Positions 17,014-19,014 of a stretch of 19,014 nt of DNA are shown here, piece after piece. The stretch is taken from assembly GCA_964014485.1 (NCBI GenBank), contig CAXHAT010000157.1, positions 1-19,014 on the forward strand. Direction: 5' to 3'. Each line of letters starts with the position of its first letter. The first letter of the stretch is position 1. Position numbers and translations under genes: made by a program. Under the pieces are notes generated by a model. That model saw nothing but the letters and a program-made list of their open reading frames with translations, had not been told where the DNA came from and searched no databases. This stretch comes from an uncultured Deferribacteres bacterium (GTDB lineage: Bacteria; Zhuqueibacterota; Zhuqueibacteria; Zhuqueibacterales; Geothermadaptataceae).

Positions 17014-17565
17014 ATGTCCAGATTTACACAAACATTAAACCCGGACGCCAGTCAGCCGGAATTGGCCGAAATCTACGGCGAAGTTATGCAAAACGGCTTT
17101 GGCAAGAAAACGCCTTTGAACTGGTTTACCTCGATATCAAAACGTCCTGATATTTTGGCGGCGTGCTGGGGATTCGCCAAATCGATTATTTTGCAGGGAC
17201 AGGTGCCCGCGACGGTAAAACAGATGATCGCGGTAAAGATTTCGACGGCTAATCAATGCGAGTATTGTTCCGTCATCTATTCCCGTGCACTCCGAGCCAT
17301 GGGTGTGAAGCCGGAAGTGATCGATTGCGTGACCAACGATTTAAGTTTGTCAAGAGTGCCGCCGTCGCAGCGCGCCATCTTGCAATTCGCGCTCAAAGCG
17401 TCAAAACATCAGCAAAATTTGACCGACGAGGATTTTCAGGCATTGTACGATTTCGGCCTTTCTCAAGGCGAAGTCATGGAAATTCTGCTCGTCGCCGGTT
17501 ACACCAATTTTATCAACTTTTGGGCGGAGGCCAGCGGTATTCGCGTCGACGAGGCCGCGGCATGA
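17014..17565 (+). CDS. Second AhpD/CMD-like protein (CEYC), paralog of 16102..16677
   Basis: AAGGAG RBS before ATG 17014; KQMIAVKISTANQCEYC, PPSQRAILQFALKA, LTDEDFQALYDFG closely match the first copy. Confidence 0.85.
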   Translation: MSRFTQTLNPDASQPELAEIYGEVMQNGFGKKTPLNWFTSISKRPDILAACWGFAKSIILQGQVPATVKQMIAVKISTANQCEYCSVIYSRALRAMGVKPEVIDCVTNDLSLSRVPPSQRAILQFALKASKHQQNLTDEDFQALYDFGLSQGEVMEILLVAGYTNFINFWAEASGIRVDEAAA

Positions 17566-18893
17566 TGATGCGCAACGACACGGCGTTTGGCGGCCAGAAC
17601 AACGTCGGGTTCCAGGTGTCGGTCAGCACGCTGACGTTAGGCACTTTGTACGAATCGATTCTGGCCTTTTCCAGCCAGGAAACGCTCGAGACGTTTTGGC
17701 CGGCGGTCTGCGGCAATGCGCGTTGGCTGATTCCCTCGCGCCGCCTGCTGGTTTTGCTGTGTGCGAACGATCATGAAGCGGAGATCGTCGGGAAATTCGA
17801 GCAAGGCAAGTTTGCGTGGCCTGAAAATGACGAGCGCTGGACGTCTTGCACGGAATTACACAGCCTGTTCAAAACGCCAAACGCGCGTTGGATTGAAAAA
17901 CCTGGCGAAAACTTTCGCGAGGCTGAACCACAGTGGCGGGATTGGCTTTTTCGCGACGAGAAAGAGATGCTGTTTCTCGTGCCGATCCGCACCCGCGGCG
18001 AAACGCTCGGCGTGATGATGTTTGTCACCGGCGGTACGTCCCGGGAAGACCAGGCGATGCTCAACACGCTCGGCACCATCTACGCGCTGCACACTGGCAT
18101 GACCTACGAGATGATCCGCATCACCGAAGACAAACGCCAGATGCAAAGTCAGTTGATGATGCAGGAAAAAATGGCGACGCTGGGTAATTTGGCGGCGGGC
18201 GTTGCACACGAAGTGAACAATCCCATCGGCGCGATCAACAGCGCGGCGGACGTGGTGACGCGCAGCGCTCAAATGCTCGAAAAACTCATCCAGGAAGCGG
18301 ATTCCATCGAATCGCTGCGATCCCACCCGAAACTGGCGAAAGCGATTAACATTATCTCGAAAAACAACGCCGTCACGAAAGACGCCGGGCAGCGCATCGC
18401 GAAAATCGTCAAAAGTCTGAAGAATTTTGCTCAGCTCGACGAGGCTGAGTACCAAATGGCCGACATTCGCGAAGGCGTTGAAAGCACGTTGACGCTCGTG
18501 CAACGCGAGATTCCGGCAGGCGTGAACATCATCACCGAATTAATGGACGTGCCGGAAATTCACTGCAACATGGGGCAATTGAATCAGGCTTTTATGCACT
18601 TGATTCTCAATGCGTTGGACGCGGTTGAAGGCGAGGGCGAAATTCGTCTCCGCACTTTTCAAGTCAACGACAGGGTCTGTTTTGAAGTGTCTGATTCCGG
18701 CGTTGGCATTGCGCTGGACAAATTGGAGAAGATTTTTGAACCCGGTTTTACGGAGAAAGGGGTCGGGGTTGGCGTCGGTCTGGGCTTACCAATTTGTCGA
18801 AATATCGTTCGAGATCACAACGGAGAAGTCGATGTTCGGAGCACGCTTGGCGAAGGCAGCGTTTTTGCGGTGAAATTGCCGGTAAAAAATTAA
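17562..18893 (+). CDS. Soluble sensor histidine kinase with N-terminal GAF-like domain (NtrB-like HisKA + HATPase)
   Basis: EKMATLGNLAAGVAHEVNNPI H-box; QLNQAFMHLILNALDA N-box; DSGVGI; IFEPGFTEK; GVGLGL; GAF-like LVPIRTRGETLGVM; ATGA overlap with the upstream stop; no clear TM helix. Confidence 0.92.
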   Translation: MMMRNDTAFGGQNNVGFQVSVSTLTLGTLYESILAFSSQETLETFWPAVCGNARWLIPSRRLLVLLCANDHEAEIVGKFEQGKFAWPENDERWTSCTELHSLFKTPNARWIEKPGENFREAEPQWRDWLFRDEKEMLFLVPIRTRGETLGVMMFVTGGTSREDQAMLNTLGTIYALHTGMTYEMIRITEDKRQMQSQLMMQEKMATLGNLAAGVAHEVNNPIGAINSAADVVTRSAQMLEKLIQEADSIESLRSHPKLAKAINIISKNNAVTKDAGQRIAKIVKSLKNFAQLDEAEYQMADIREGVESTLTLVQREIPAGVNIITELMDVPEIHCNMGQLNQAFMHLILNALDAVEGEGEIRLRTFQVNDRVCFEVSDSGVGIALDKLEKIFEPGFTEKGVGVGVGLGLPICRNIVRDHNGEVDVRSTLGEGSVFAVKLPVKN

Positions 18894-18899
18894 TTTTTC

Positions 18900-18932
18900 T
18901 TTTGACAAGATTTACAGGATCAACGGGATGAT
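18900..18932. repeat. 9-bp-unit short tandem repeat (GATTTACAG/GATCAACGG) just after the kinase stop
   Basis: TTTTGACAAGATTTACAGGATCAACGGGATGAT; same family as 217-248, opposite orientation. Confidence 0.55.
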
Positions 18933-19014
18933 CTCTATCAAATAATTTTACTGGAATATGTTTTATCCGACATTCCGCAAGTCAATTGTCGCATTTGAAA
19001 TCATTTGTTGAAAG

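Noticed and set aside
17256..17561. N-terminal extension of the kinase in the ORF track (545 aa)
   Set aside because: It overlaps the AhpD-like gene in another frame and reads as shadow sequence; the ATGA-coupled start at 17562 is far more plausible.

Overview
Bacterial window, mostly + strand and standard genetic code. Its short intergenic repeats and secreted proteins suggest an FCB/KSB1-like Gram-negative organism (inference only). From left to right it carries: (1) an exported M1 aminopeptidase with HEAT repeats, coupled to an AAC(2')-I-like GNAT, then a membrane CBS protein and an exported tricorn (S41) protease; (2) a minus-strand DUF433/PIN-like toxin-antitoxin pair and a glycine-zipper protein; (3) about 1 kb of non-coding DNA with a REP-doublet element; (4) two large Cys-rich secreted proteins flanking a small gene whose frame is interrupted by one in-frame TGA followed by a SECIS-like hairpin (candidate new selenoprotein); (5) a DinB, SnoaL, AhpD-like x2, GAF-histidine kinase cluster. 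Both AhpD-like proteins keep CxxC but lack the Glu/His proton relay, and the second is translationally coupled to a soluble kinase (candidate new thiol/redox/metal-sensing system). No rRNA, tRNA, CRISPR array or transposase was seen. All family calls come from motif recognition by eye, not from database searches.
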